Both the position numbers and the translations under genes were made by a program. Below the pieces are notes generated by a model. The model saw only the letters and a program-made list of their open reading frames with translations. It did not search any database and was not told the DNA's origin. Positions 18,828 to 29,247 of a DNA stretch of 64,000 bases are shown piece by piece. Source of the stretch: Bacteroidia bacterium (GTDB taxonomy: Bacteria; Bacteroidota; Bacteroidia; 2-12-FULL-35-15); contig JAGVJJ010000004.1 in NCBI GenBank assembly GCA_020051175.1, forward strand, positions 43,558 through 107,557. Reading direction: 5' to 3'. The stretch's first letter is position 1, and the number at the start of each line of letters is the position of its first letter.

Positions 18828-20678
18828 TTATTCTCTTGGAAGAGAAAAGTAAAATGTTGCGCCTTTGTTGACCATTCCTTCGGCCCATACCCTGCCTCCA
18901 TGCCTTACAATTATCCGTTTTACAATTGCCAGCCCAATTCCTGTTCCACTGAAATCTTCGGGATTATGAAGCCGTTGGAACACTCCAAACAGTTTGTTGT
19001 AAAATTTCATATCGAAACCCACACCATTGTCACGCACATAGTACACAGTTGTGTTTTTTTCTGAATAGGAGCCAACCTGAATAGCAGGTTCGGGGTTTTG
19101 AAAGGAATATTTGAGTGCATTGCCAATCAGGTTAACAAATACCTGTTTTATCAGTCCTCTGTCGCATGCTGCCTGTGGCAGGTTATCAACCGTTATTTTT
19201 GCGTGGTAGTTTTGTTCGTTTATTTTTAAAATTTCCTGTACTACTTCTTTTACAACATCTGTCATGTCGACTTTTGATTTTTCGATTTCTTTTTTGCCCA
19301 GTCTTGAAAAAGCAAGTAAATCATCGATTAATTGGCCCATTCGTATAGCTTCACCCATTATGGTATGCAAAAGCGATTTTCCTTCCTCATCAAGCTGCGA
19401 TGAATGTTGTTTTTCAATCACCTTTGAAAAGCCATTGATTGCCCTGATTGGTGCCCGTAAGTCATGTGAAACGGAATAAGAAAACGATTCCATTTCCTTG
19501 TTGGATGTTTCCAGTTCCGAAATTTTATTTTCCAGCTCCCGGTTCAGCGAAAGTATTTTTTGTTCGATTTGTTTTCTTTCACGTATATCCCTGATAAAGC
19601 CAATAAAAATAACCTGGCCGCTGAAAGTGTATGACGAGATTTTTAATTCAATCGGAAATACTGTGCCGTCTTTTTTAAGGGCAACAAGCTCAATTGGTTT
19701 GTTCATAACCTTTGTTTCGCCCGTGTTTAAGAATCTTGCAATGCCCCGCTCGTGTGGCTCACGATACCCTTCCGGGATAATGGTATCGGTCAGCCTCCGT
19801 CCAATCGCCTCTTTTTCGCTCCAGCCAAACATAATTACAGCTTCCGCGTTCCAATTGGTTATTGTACTTTTTTGGTCTATTGTAACTATTGCATCCGGTG
19901 CACTTTGAATCAGGTTATAAAATTTAAGATTTGCAAGTTCCAGCTCCTGCGAACGCTGTTTAATATGTGTTTCTCTCTTCTCAATTTCTTCCAGCATTAA
20001 ATTGAATACTTTCGACAATGTGTTTATCTCATCAGTTCCTTTCACGGGGGACCGGCTTGAGTAATTTCCACTTTGGGTCACAGTTTGCATGGTTTGCACA
20101 AGATTGAGGATTGGAGTGGAAATGCCTCCCTGAAATATCATTGAAATAAGAAGAGCCAGGACAATTCCTACGATGAACAGCAGCGCAGCAATACGTATTT
20201 TGTCATTAACAATGGTTTTTAATTCGGTCAGTTCTACCTGAAGTGCCACAAATCCTATATGTTCACCATTGCTCATTATTTTATTGTAAACAAAGAGTTG
20301 GTTATCTTTAAACTCCTCTTTAAAAGTATCAATGTCTGAGGGCGGCTTTAAATATTGAGGCAAGTATCCCTCTTTTGTGTAGATAGCAAAAATGTTTCCT
20401 GATTTATCAAGGATTTCAGCATTTAATATATCGGTTTCCACCTTCAATTGTGATAGTTTTTCAATGGCAGAGGTTGTGTCAAGAAACTGAATGGCAGAAA
20501 TACTGTTTGAACCAAGCACTTGTGCAATGGCCTGGATACTCTCTGCTTTTCGGTTTTTGTAGCTTTTTATATCGGTAATTACAAAAAAAGTGCAACAAAT
20601 GCTTAATACTATGAATGAAGTAACAACCTGCATAAGAATCAGTTTGTACTTTATAGATATGTCGTATAGCCTTTTCAT
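18828..20678 (-). CDS. sensor histidine kinase (periplasmic domain, HAMP, PAS, HisKA, HATPase_c)
   Basis: Two TM helices flank a ~130-aa extracytoplasmic segment. The PAS region is [27 protein letters not shown], the H-box is [16 protein letters not shown] and the G2 box is [13 protein letters not shown]. Confidence 0.85.
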   Translation of the reverse strand: MKRLYDISIKYKLILMQVVTSFIVLSICCTFFVITDIKSYKNRKAESIQAIAQVLGSNSISAIQFLDTTSAIEKLSQLKVETDILNAEILDKSGNIFAIYTKEGYLPQYLKPPSDIDTFKEEFKDNQLFVYNKIMSNGEHIGFVALQVELTELKTIVNDKIRIAALLFIVGIVLALLISMIFQGGISTPILNLVQTMQTVTQSGNYSSRSPVKGTDEINTLSKVFNLMLEEIEKRETHIKQRSQELELANLKFYNLIQSAPDAIVTIDQKSTITNWNAEAVIMFGWSEKEAIGRRLTDTIIPEGYREPHERGIARFLNTGETKVMNKPIELVALKKDGTVFPIELKISSYTFSGQVIFIGFIRDIRERKQIEQKILSLNRELENKISELETSNKEMESFSYSVSHDLRAPIRAINGFSKVIEKQHSSQLDEEGKSLLHTIMGEAIRMGQLIDDLLAFSRLGKKEIEKSKVDMTDVVKEVVQEILKINEQNYHAKITVDNLPQAACDRGLIKQVFVNLIGNALKYSFQNPEPAIQVGSYSEKNTTVYYVRDNGVGFDMKFYNKLFGVFQRLHNPEDFSGTGIGLAIVKRIIVRHGGRVWAEGMVNKGATFYFSLPRE

Positions 20679-20684
20679 AGCCTT

Positions 20685-21197
20685 CTATTCAATGATAATG
20701 GCATGTTGCAATAGTTGCGAGCTGACTTCGACTCCTGAATTATTAAATGATTTGAGGTTTATTTCGAACCGAAGCCTGTTGTCTGACAATAAAAAATTGA
20801 TGTGTGCTCCCTTTTTTCCGAAGCCTTCTTTTTCTGTTACAATCAGGACTGGTTTTCCGGCATACTTAGAAAGTATGCTTTCGATAGGTATACTACAGTT
20901 GGCCGGGACAAAAAGAAACTGATATCCTTCGGCCTCATCCAGTGTGCTAAATTCCTTTACAAGAATAGGTTTGTTTTTTATTTTTTTTTCATTTGCAATT
21001 GCCTGCATCTGTTTTGTAATAGGCGACTGCTCCAGTACACCAAAGTTGAAGGTGCTGATTTTGTTGTCTTTCCAATTAATATATTCAGCAAAATGGTAAA
21101 GGAATGCTGCTTTAAAAGCAGATTGCTGAGCACAGGTACGTATAGGGAAATAAGCGATCAGAATCAAACTAAAAAAGTGGATCGTTTTGTTTTTCAT
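20685..21197 (-). CDS. YfiR-like periplasmic protein (DUF4154 family)
   Basis: It has a signal peptide. The motifs FKAAFLYHFAEYINW, YQFLFVPAN, PVLIVTEKEGFGKKGAHINF and RFEINLKSFNNSGVEVSSQLLQHA match the DUF4154/YfiR pattern as I remember it. Confidence 0.7.
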   Translation of the reverse strand: MKNKTIHFFSLILIAYFPIRTCAQQSAFKAAFLYHFAEYINWKDNKISTFNFGVLEQSPITKQMQAIANEKKIKNKPILVKEFSTLDEAEGYQFLFVPANCSIPIESILSKYAGKPVLIVTEKEGFGKKGAHINFLLSDNRLRFEINLKSFNNSGVEVSSQLLQHAIIIE

Positions 21198-21226
21198 GAC
21201 ATTTGGTTAATTGGCGAAAACAAGAT

Positions 21227-23515
21227 TTAAAACTTAATCCTTGCCGATATCATTAATCTTCTTCCTTGCTGCTGGTAATCGAATGGTAATGGAGCCCTTC
21301 CACTAAGATTATTAATTAAAAAATATTTTTTATCCAATACATTTGTTGTAATAAACTTTATTTCCAATTGCTGGTTTACATTGTAACTTACATTCAGATC
21401 AACCGTGTACCATTGATTCACCTGCGCACCTCTTAAATTATCATAATTGATCCCTGCATTAGTGCCCGTTGTGGGTGCGCCTTTTTCGCTCTCTCTTCGG
21501 TTAACAATGCTTTGAAAATGTCCGGAAACGGTAAATAAGAATCTTTTTAAGGAATAGCTTATGCCTGCATTTATTGAATGTGCGGGATACCAGATTAAGG
21601 AGTTGCTTGTTTTTATAAGCGTGTCGTTACTCGTTTCTTTGAAACGTTTAACGTAAGAATAATTAGCAAATGCCTGTACGTTATCCAATAATAATTCTAA
21701 CTCTGATTCGTAACCACCTTGTGTTGTGCCTATAACATTATCAAAAGCGCCACGGCTGCTGCTGCTCCTTATCTGATCTTTAAATACGGAATAGAAAATG
21801 GTGTTTCTCCATTTTAACATTTTATTAAGGTTCCAGTCTGCTGACAATTCATAGCTTGTCAGGTCTTCAGGTTTTATATTACCTCTTCCTGACCCACTGA
21901 TAATACTGTTGGCAATGAATTGTTCAAAAGGTGAGGCCAGCCGGAATGCGTTACCATATAATGCTTTTATTGAAAAATTTTCAGAAGCAGCATAGATTAA
22001 AGCTACACGGGGGCTAAAATGTGTTTGAAACCTTTTTGTTTCTTCTTTTGTGGCCAAATCTGTGTATGTATAGTAATACATATCATAGCGTGCCCCAATA
22101 GTAGCTGTTAATTTGTTACCTAGCCATTGACCGGTGGTAAGCTGTGTATAAATACCAGTTGTGTTTACAGGATGATTTTTTATAGGTTCATACAATGGGC
22201 CAACACGCTCAAGTTTACCGCTCGCAAATGGATAAAACCCTGGTGCACTTAAATTTACATTGCTATTGTGTATTTTGTCGCCCCGGTAATATAACATGTC
22301 TTGTTCAATGCCTGCCAGCAGTGTAGCGTTCCGGTTAAGCAAATAGATGTACTGCATACGTCCGAACAAATTGTTTATGGGTGTTACATATTCTTCATAA
22401 ACGCCTGAGCTGTCAGGTAGTCCGTTGGGGAGTACTCGGGAAAACCCAACCGGTGCAATTTGCATGTTGTATCTGGAGGTTTCGTTATCATATTTTAATA
22501 CATACTCCTGGATAAGCTTTTTTGAAGAGCGTGGGGTTACGTATTTTGCAAGTACATAATTGCGTGTAACGCTGCTTGTTTTCTCAATTTCAGGAAATAT
22601 GGTTAAGAAGCCATGCCCCATCTGGAAATTATAATTTTGCAAATGGTACGATAGGCTGAGACCTTTGAGTTTATTGTTTCCTTCCAATTTGGTCCAGAAA
22701 TGCTGGCTGTTTTTTTCATCCTGTGTACGTTGCTTTATGAAATTGCCATCGGCATCTCTTTTTAAACGCAAATCATAAGAATCCACTTCATTTCCATCGG
22801 AGCTAAAGCTGTTGAATGCTACAATTATATTGGCGTTTTCACCTTTTGTGCCTGTTAATACATTGAGGTTTCGGTAGCCATAATCGCCAATTTTTATTCT
22901 TATTTCCCCATTACCTTTTAAATCAGAAAATGAAAGACTGTTTACCTGTATTACTCCGGTAACTGCTTGTGAGCCATAAAGCGCTGCCCCCGGTCCCCTC
23001 ACAATTTCTATGTTTCTTGCCATATTTATAGAAAAGGCCTGATCGGTTACAGAACTTTGAAAGCTGGAGAAGGGCACACCATCAAATAATATGAGCAGTC
23101 GTTTGCTCCACAACAAATCGCTGATGCCCCGTGAAACAATTACCTGGTTAAACCTGTCCTGGCCCGGTGTAAAGCCAGCTTGTTTGAATGCTATGTCATT
23201 GAGCGTCATCCATTGGTATCTAATTAGTTGTTCTCTGTTTGCTACAGTAATGATGCTTGGTGCAGCGCTTGCCTTTTGACCGATTTTAGAGGCACTTGAT
23301 ACAGGTGTGTCCATTAAATCCTCAAGGCTCAATTCAATCAGCTCCTGTACCCTTACACTATCTGTTACTTGTGAAAATGAATATCCATTAAGGCAGATAA
23401 GCGCCAGAACCAATGCTTTTTTAAGTGCATCGTTTTTGTATACTGTTTTACGTAGTATGGCAGACGTGGGGTATCTGTAAAGAAGGTTTGTAAGCTTCGA
23501 AATTTCCATGTTCAA
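21227..23515 (-). CDS. TonB-dependent outer-membrane receptor
   Basis: The plug motif is IEIVRGPGAALYGSQAVTGVIQV. A long beta-barrel region follows, and the protein ends ...RLMISARIKF with a terminal aromatic residue. Confidence 0.85.
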   Translation of the reverse strand: MNMEISKLTNLLYRYPTSAILRKTVYKNDALKKALVLALICLNGYSFSQVTDSVRVQELIELSLEDLMDTPVSSASKIGQKASAAPSIITVANREQLIRYQWMTLNDIAFKQAGFTPGQDRFNQVIVSRGISDLLWSKRLLILFDGVPFSSFQSSVTDQAFSINMARNIEIVRGPGAALYGSQAVTGVIQVNSLSFSDLKGNGEIRIKIGDYGYRNLNVLTGTKGENANIIVAFNSFSSDGNEVDSYDLRLKRDADGNFIKQRTQDEKNSQHFWTKLEGNNKLKGLSLSYHLQNYNFQMGHGFLTIFPEIEKTSSVTRNYVLAKYVTPRSSKKLIQEYVLKYDNETSRYNMQIAPVGFSRVLPNGLPDSSGVYEEYVTPINNLFGRMQYIYLLNRNATLLAGIEQDMLYYRGDKIHNSNVNLSAPGFYPFASGKLERVGPLYEPIKNHPVNTTGIYTQLTTGQWLGNKLTATIGARYDMYYYTYTDLATKEETKRFQTHFSPRVALIYAASENFSIKALYGNAFRLASPFEQFIANSIISGSGRGNIKPEDLTSYELSADWNLNKMLKWRNTIFYSVFKDQIRSSSSRGAFDNVIGTTQGGYESELELLLDNVQAFANYSYVKRFKETSNDTLIKTSNSLIWYPAHSINAGISYSLKRFLFTVSGHFQSIVNRRESEKGAPTTGTNAGINYDNLRGAQVNQWYTVDLNVSYNVNQQLEIKFITTNVLDKKYFLINNLSGRAPLPFDYQQQGRRLMISARIKF

Positions 23516-23671
23516 TGAGTATTATAACATCATAAGAGGTGCATATAACTATGTGAATGTACGGAGCGGCAAAAAGAACGATTTGTTAATTTCGGTGAAC
23601 GTGGAAGAAATTCCGTTGAAATGGATTTGTGAAACAGTGTGATGACTGGAAAGAAAGGCGGAAGAAAATGG

Positions 23672-23703
23672 AAACGGCTTTCAATTTTTAATGAAAGCCG
23701 TTT
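23672..23703 (-). terminator. hairpin terminator downstream of pectate-lyase-like gene
   Basis: AAACGGCTTTCA-N8-TGAAAGCCGTTT forms a 12-bp perfect stem with T-rich flanks on both strands. It lies 22 nt after the stop at 23725. Confidence 0.6.
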
Positions 23704-23724
23704 GGTTAAATTTGTTTTTTAGTA

Positions 23725-25461
23725 CTATTCAACAATCATTTGTCTTGTAATTACCTGGTTGCTTGTGGTCAGGCGGTACTGATATACTCCTGCCTTTATA
23801 CCTTTTGCTTCAAATGATACAGAATGGTTTCCGGCAGGGAGTTTTTCATCTACTAGTACACTTATTGTCCTTCCTAAAACATCTGTAATTTCCAATCTTA
23901 CAGATTCTCTGTTTTGGAGGCTGAAATTGATAAGCGTATTGGCTTTAAATGGGTTCGGAATGTTCTGCATCAGCTCGTTTTGAAGATTTGTGGCTTTTTC
24001 TTCAACACCCGATACAATTCCACACTGTGCAGAGCTTGAGCCGTTTACCAAAGCGTCAGATAGGCAGTTGAGATAGCATTCCAGGTTGGTATAACCGGTT
24101 TGCCCCGTAATGCTCATTGATAAAGAGGTACCGTTGTGATCGGGCGAATTAATATTTAAACCGTGTGCGGTTTCCCAATAGTCGGGCATTCCATCGTTGT
24201 CAGTATCCATTGGTGCAGCAGGTGATGTAAGAGGTATTATAAATGCATCGTTAAAATGATCTGCTGAATCAACTGGGGCAGCGTCAGGAATGCCTGACAG
24301 GAAAGGTTTTGTTAGTCTTCTGTCCATGCTATCGCGTGGGAATGCTCCCACATTTTTATACATGTAATTTAAGATAGAATCTGTAGCCGTGTATGCAATG
24401 GCGGGGAAAGGATGTCTTGCATTCATATGAGTAGCAATGCCTCCATCAAGGTTTGGGTTATTACCTGCTTGATCGAAATCATTACAGCAATAAAATAATT
24501 GATAATCGGAATAGAGGGGGTACAAATTCATTTTGTTACCCGATGCATATATGTTATTTGCTGCAATTTCCAGCAGATTGTGTGCAATCATTCCGGAAGT
24601 ATATGTTGTGCGGCCTACGCTGTAGTTGTTTATCCAGTTGAGGTTAATAAAAAAGGAATCGATTGGTACCTGTGCAGTTTGGTCAATATTGGAGTTGTAC
24701 CAGATATTGATTTGCTGGTCCCACAGGAGGTTGTTTGAAAGTTCTAAATTTAACGGACGCTCTTTGCCGTATTCTGATTCGCAGCTCAATTCGGGCAAGC
24801 GGCCGCCCATACGATTCCATGTGTTGTGATGTAGGGAGATACTGTCCTGTGGATGTTCTGCAGTAGAATAGTTCATTAACATTCCGCCCAGGTAGAAATG
24901 GTCGCCTAATGTTTCGGACAGCATACAGTTCTGGAAAGTAATGCGGGATGATTGTGAAAGCTGCACCGATTCATCAATAGCATTTGCAAAAGAGCAATGA
25001 TCCACTATTACATTTCTGGTTCCGTCCAATCTAAATGCATCGTCCTGAGGGTTACCGGCTATAATAGCCGGATCATGAGGACGTGAGCGCAAATGGCGTA
25101 TAATAATGTTGTCGCCAGTGCCTATTGTATCGTATACTTCGTCTACTATAAACCCCCTTACAATAATTCCTCCAGGAGATGTTTGTCCGGCCAATGTGTA
25201 ATCTCCGTATACTGTTTCCACATTACCATTTATAATACCGCTTACTTTAAACAGAATATAGCGAGGGCCAGGTGTAGCTAATGCTTCAGCCAGGGAACCG
25301 GGGCCGCTATCATTTAAATTGGTTACATAAATTACCTGGCCGCCTCTTCCGCCTGTAGTGGATGCACCAAAACCTTCAGCACCGGGAAAGGCCGGTATCT
25401 GTGAAACCAGACATAGTGATGTGCCTGTTAAGAGAGTCAAAAAAAGTAATAGATGTTTCAT
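23725..25461 (-). CDS. pectate-lyase-like right-handed beta-helix protein with T9SS sorting domain
   Basis: After the signal peptide, the N-terminus is FPGAEGFGASTTGGRGGQVIYVTNLNDSGPGSLAEAL, typical of PL1-type pectate lyases. A DTDNDGMPDYWE calcium-type motif is present. The C-terminus is IPNPFKANTLINF...GVYQYRL. Confidence 0.7.
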   Translation of the reverse strand: MKHLLLFLTLLTGTSLCLVSQIPAFPGAEGFGASTTGGRGGQVIYVTNLNDSGPGSLAEALATPGPRYILFKVSGIINGNVETVYGDYTLAGQTSPGGIIVRGFIVDEVYDTIGTGDNIIIRHLRSRPHDPAIIAGNPQDDAFRLDGTRNVIVDHCSFANAIDESVQLSQSSRITFQNCMLSETLGDHFYLGGMLMNYSTAEHPQDSISLHHNTWNRMGGRLPELSCESEYGKERPLNLELSNNLLWDQQINIWYNSNIDQTAQVPIDSFFINLNWINNYSVGRTTYTSGMIAHNLLEIAANNIYASGNKMNLYPLYSDYQLFYCCNDFDQAGNNPNLDGGIATHMNARHPFPAIAYTATDSILNYMYKNVGAFPRDSMDRRLTKPFLSGIPDAAPVDSADHFNDAFIIPLTSPAAPMDTDNDGMPDYWETAHGLNINSPDHNGTSLSMSITGQTGYTNLECYLNCLSDALVNGSSSAQCGIVSGVEEKATNLQNELMQNIPNPFKANTLINFSLQNRESVRLEITDVLGRTISVLVDEKLPAGNHSVSFEAKGIKAGVYQYRLTTSNQVITRQMIVE

Positions 25462-25514
25462 GCGTTTCTTATTTTACGCAAACATAGTAATGTTTAGGAT
25501 ATTTCAGAGGTTTT

Positions 25515-25555
25515 GGAAATAAAAATCCCCATACTGATTAAAGTATGGGGATTTT
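25515..25555 (-). terminator. rho-independent terminator
   Basis: AAAATCCCCATAC-N8-GTATGGGGATTTT, followed on the minus strand by TTTTATTTCC. It lies 27 nt after the stop of 25582..27690. Confidence 0.75.
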
Positions 25556-25581
25556 CAACAAAAATATCCAATAGAATAAAA

Positions 25582-27690
25582 TTATTGTTTTACAAACCTG
25601 GTGTTATATATTCCATTAGTGCTTTCTACGGTTATTATATATAATCCGGGTACATAGTTTGAAACGTCAATAGCATTTGATGTATCGGTTTTCAACTTTT
25701 TGTAAACCACACGTCCGCTGTAATCATAGATTGTGATATCAGCAAGTCCTTTGTAATTAATGTTAATGATATTATCTGAAGGGTTTGGATATACATTGAG
25801 GGCAGACCCATTACTGGTTGGGCTATGTATTTCCGAAATTGCCGTAGGTACACTTCCTGTAAATGGTGTGTTTACATAGAGGCCATAATTATTGAGGGCA
25901 AAAATATAATTCTCTGCATCAAAGAAGTGCGCTTTTTTGATGGATGTGTAGATCGAAGGATATTCTGTAAATACATTTAATGTTGCCTGGGTCCAGTTTG
26001 TACCGCCATCATAAGAATAATAGTAAACGGGACTGGAAGAGGCTGTTAGCATAAGTGTATCTGCACTAAGAACATGCAGGCGTGTTGCGCTGAATGAATT
26101 AATAGTGCTTGTCAACGTAGTACCTCCCATAAAACCGTTGGTAGTTTTGTATATTTTAGTGCTGGATCCGTTACTGTTGTTGGTCACTAAATAGCCAATT
26201 GCATTACTCGCCATTTGAATGTCAGCTACTGCTTCTGTTGCAGCATTCGAAGCAATCAGGAATGTGTCTAGTATGGTTTCAGTGCCGGTTGGCGTAAACC
26301 TTGAAATTTCAATGCCTTTATTTTGAAACAGTGAGTAATCAAACCAACCACCAGCATCAATAATTTCTCCGTTTGGCTTTACCGTTTGCGAGTGAGTGCC
26401 TCCACCTGCCGTAAAATAATCAAATGTGGCTCCAAAGTCTGAAGATACTATAGGCTGTCCGGCACGTGTTTCCAAAATTATACTGTCATTATCAGAATGA
26501 GAGAATTTAATTGCATTGTACGTAAATGTGTTTGTGTAACGTTGTGTCCAGGTTTGTCCATTATCAGAACTGATAAAAATCTGGCTTTTTCTGTCACCCG
26601 CAATGAAATCCCCGTTGTTTAATATTTTCACAGCCATAATATCTTCAGATGTTGGAAGTGTTATATCAAAACCAAACGAGCAGCCTCTGTCGAAAGAACA
26701 GATTACTTTTCCACCACCTTTGCCTACAAGTCCAATGTTGCCTTTAAAATACAAATCAAATATGGTGTTGTTTTCCAAGGTTTTTGGAAACATGGCACTC
26801 CAGGTAGCTCCATCGTCTGTTGATTTGTAGTTGGGCCAGATGAATAGGTTATCACCTATGTAGTCTCCTGGGCCAGTGGCTGTGTTGTCTTTCATCTGCC
26901 ATGTAGCACCGCCATCAGATGTATGATAGTTCTGCAAAGGTGTGCATATAAACATTTCAGCAGTGTCCTTAATAGTTATGCTTTGTAACGTAGCTGGAAA
27001 GGCATGATTGGACCATGTTTGACCGCCATCAAAAGATTTATATAAATGTGAATCAGTGGCCACAACAAGCGTGTCTTCTCCAACCATCACCATCTCTTTA
27101 AAATTACCATTCATTGAGCCGGTAAAGGGAACATTTGTGAAAGTCTGACCACCATCAGAGGATGTAAAATTGAAGCTTGCTCCGGTAAGAATAAATACTT
27201 TGTTGTTTTTTGCTGCCATTGCATTGGTGCCGCTACCGGCATCCAGGGTCATGGTCCATGTAGTGCCATCTGCAGAAAAATAAAAATCTTTCAGGAAAGC
27301 CTGGTACGCCAGATAACCAGCACCTGTATTTATTACCTGTATAAAGCCGGATGGTGCGCCACTTACTTCATTGAGTGTCTGCCAACCGTCAGTAGTTTTG
27401 TATACCTTGCTGGAAGAGGTATATAGCATCACACCTTCCATGGGGTTTTTCATAACGAAAGGTCCGAGATATTTTCCATAATCAACAGTGTTCAGGTATT
27501 TCCATACTTTAGTTACAGGATTTACCAATGCCATGCGGCTAAAGTCATCAGATACGTTTACCGACATATATACCGAATCTTCGTTATACACATAAGCACT
27601 GGTATTATACTGTTGCAGGTGTATTCCTGTTTGGGCTTTAACACCTAAGGCCAGGCTCAGAAATGCAATTCCAAGGTATGTTTTTTTCAT
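25582..27690 (-). CDS. BNR/Asp-box repeat beta-propeller protein with T9SS sorting domain
   Basis: At least nine SxDxGxTW-type boxes are present (SADGTTWT, SSDGGQTF, SFDGGQTWS, TSDGGATWQ, STDDGATWS, SSDNGQTWT, SYDGGTNWT...). It has a signal peptide and the C-terminus YPNPSDNIININ...GLYIITV. Confidence 0.75.
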   Translation of the reverse strand: MKKTYLGIAFLSLALGVKAQTGIHLQQYNTSAYVYNEDSVYMSVNVSDDFSRMALVNPVTKVWKYLNTVDYGKYLGPFVMKNPMEGVMLYTSSSKVYKTTDGWQTLNEVSGAPSGFIQVINTGAGYLAYQAFLKDFYFSADGTTWTMTLDAGSGTNAMAAKNNKVFILTGASFNFTSSDGGQTFTNVPFTGSMNGNFKEMVMVGEDTLVVATDSHLYKSFDGGQTWSNHAFPATLQSITIKDTAEMFICTPLQNYHTSDGGATWQMKDNTATGPGDYIGDNLFIWPNYKSTDDGATWSAMFPKTLENNTIFDLYFKGNIGLVGKGGGKVICSFDRGCSFGFDITLPTSEDIMAVKILNNGDFIAGDRKSQIFISSDNGQTWTQRYTNTFTYNAIKFSHSDNDSIILETRAGQPIVSSDFGATFDYFTAGGGTHSQTVKPNGEIIDAGGWFDYSLFQNKGIEISRFTPTGTETILDTFLIASNAATEAVADIQMASNAIGYLVTNNSNGSSTKIYKTTNGFMGGTTLTSTINSFSATRLHVLSADTLMLTASSSPVYYYSYDGGTNWTQATLNVFTEYPSIYTSIKKAHFFDAENYIFALNNYGLYVNTPFTGSVPTAISEIHSPTSNGSALNVYPNPSDNIININYKGLADITIYDYSGRVVYKKLKTDTSNAIDVSNYVPGLYIITVESTNGIYNTRFVKQ

Positions 27691-27721
27691 TTGTATTTTT
27701 GTTTTACAGGTTATACGATAA

Positions 27722-29245
27722 TCATTTTTTTATAATTGTGAATTCTACTCTTCTGTTTTCTCTTTTTCCTTCTTCTGTATCATTCGTGGCAACAGGTTTG
27801 TTTTTTCCAAATCCCTCACTGCTTAATCGTTCGGCAGTAATTCCCTGTGAAATTAAGTAATCAACAACCGCTTTTGCCCTGTTAGCGGATAATTGCATGT
27901 TAATATCATCTGCGCCTACATTGTCTGTATGGCCTGCAATTGCAATCTGCATGGTAGGATTGTTTTTTAGTAGTTCGGCCACACGATTGAGCTCAATAAA
28001 TGATTCATTTTTTAGCTCCCACTTCCCGGTGTTAAAAAATATGTTGTTCAAACGAATTACTTCACCTGTTTGTATTGGTACGAGATAAAGATCCTGAACC
28101 ATTTCTTTATATTCTTTTAAATCGCTTAAGTCGAGGTTTTCACTTACTGCATAATATCCTGGTGCTTCTGCCCTATAACCATAGGTGTGTCCGTATGGAA
28201 GTATAATCTGGTATTCACCATTGCTGACATTGGAGTTGGCTATGCCTGCTTCTTTGCCTTCCGGTAAATAGTGGTATTTAATATCGGCAGATACAGGCTG
28301 CTTTGTTTTTGCATCCAGCACTTTTCCCGTTATGAGCACAACTGGTTTTGGTTTTACTTCTTCGGCAAGTTTTATTTTAACTATATCGGTTCCACCCAGT
28401 GAATTTTTTCCGGAAACCATGTAGGCATAATTTCCCGATGCTGGTATCGTATAGTAGGCATCCCACTCAGATGAATTCACTGAAGGCCCAAGGTTTACTG
28501 GTGCCGACCATTTTTTCCAGCTATCATCCAGTCTGCGGCTCATGTATATATCATTGCTCCCATATCCACCTGGCCGATCACTTGAAAAGTACAGGGTTAT
28601 GTTATCGGCTGCAAGAAAGGGTGCCATTTCATAATAAGCCGTATTGATATCAGCTCCCAGCGGTTCTGGTGCCGACCAGGTGTTATCTTTCTGAAAAAAA
28701 CTTACATACAGATTGTAGTTACAGTTTTTTTCATCTTCTTCCGAAAGATAAAACAACATTGTTTTGTTGTCGCTGCCGATACATATTCCTGCACTTTTAC
28801 CATTCGACATTCTTTCGTATTTTTTTACATTAATTCCCTCTGGTTCGCTCCACCCGTCTTTCAAAAGATGTGTTGATGAAAACCCGCTTCCTTTAAAACT
28901 TCCTTTTTTAAAGTCTCCCCGAATGATCCTTGTATTACCATCCGCACTTTGGTAAAAAACCGAGTTATACCAGGTTTTGTTAAACGGTGGACCAAGATGT
29001 TTTGCGGTGCCCCATGTACCGTTGTTCTCCAGTTTACAATACCATATATCCTGGGTTTTTTCGGGCATCAGTGTGTTCTGAGGATGGTTTACACGAACAA
29101 AGAATAGTTTTTTTCCATCAGGTGTAATGTAGGGTGCAAGTTCATCGTATTGAGAATTTACCTGAGGGCCGGCATTCTCAATGTTTTGAGCAGCACAAAC
29201 ATTGTAAACAATCAGGAAACAGAAAAAAATATTTCTCATCCTCAA
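27722..29245 (-). CDS. OmpA-family protein with TolB-like beta-propeller repeats
   Basis: It has a signal peptide and repeated YDELAPYITPDGKKLFF / YYEMAPFLAADNITLYFSSDRPGG units. The C-terminal OmpA domain is NIFFNTGKWEL...IAGHTDNVGADDINMQLSANRAKAV...NRRVEF. Confidence 0.85.
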   Translation of the reverse strand: MRMRNIFFCFLIVYNVCAAQNIENAGPQVNSQYDELAPYITPDGKKLFFVRVNHPQNTLMPEKTQDIWYCKLENNGTWGTAKHLGPPFNKTWYNSVFYQSADGNTRIIRGDFKKGSFKGSGFSSTHLLKDGWSEPEGINVKKYERMSNGKSAGICIGSDNKTMLFYLSEEDEKNCNYNLYVSFFQKDNTWSAPEPLGADINTAYYEMAPFLAADNITLYFSSDRPGGYGSNDIYMSRRLDDSWKKWSAPVNLGPSVNSSEWDAYYTIPASGNYAYMVSGKNSLGGTDIVKIKLAEEVKPKPVVLITGKVLDAKTKQPVSADIKYHYLPEGKEAGIANSNVSNGEYQIILPYGHTYGYRAEAPGYYAVSENLDLSDLKEYKEMVQDLYLVPIQTGEVIRLNNIFFNTGKWELKNESFIELNRVAELLKNNPTMQIAIAGHTDNVGADDINMQLSANRAKAVVDYLISQGITAERLSSEGFGKNKPVATNDTEEGKRENRRVEFTIIKK

Positions 29246-29247
29246 AA

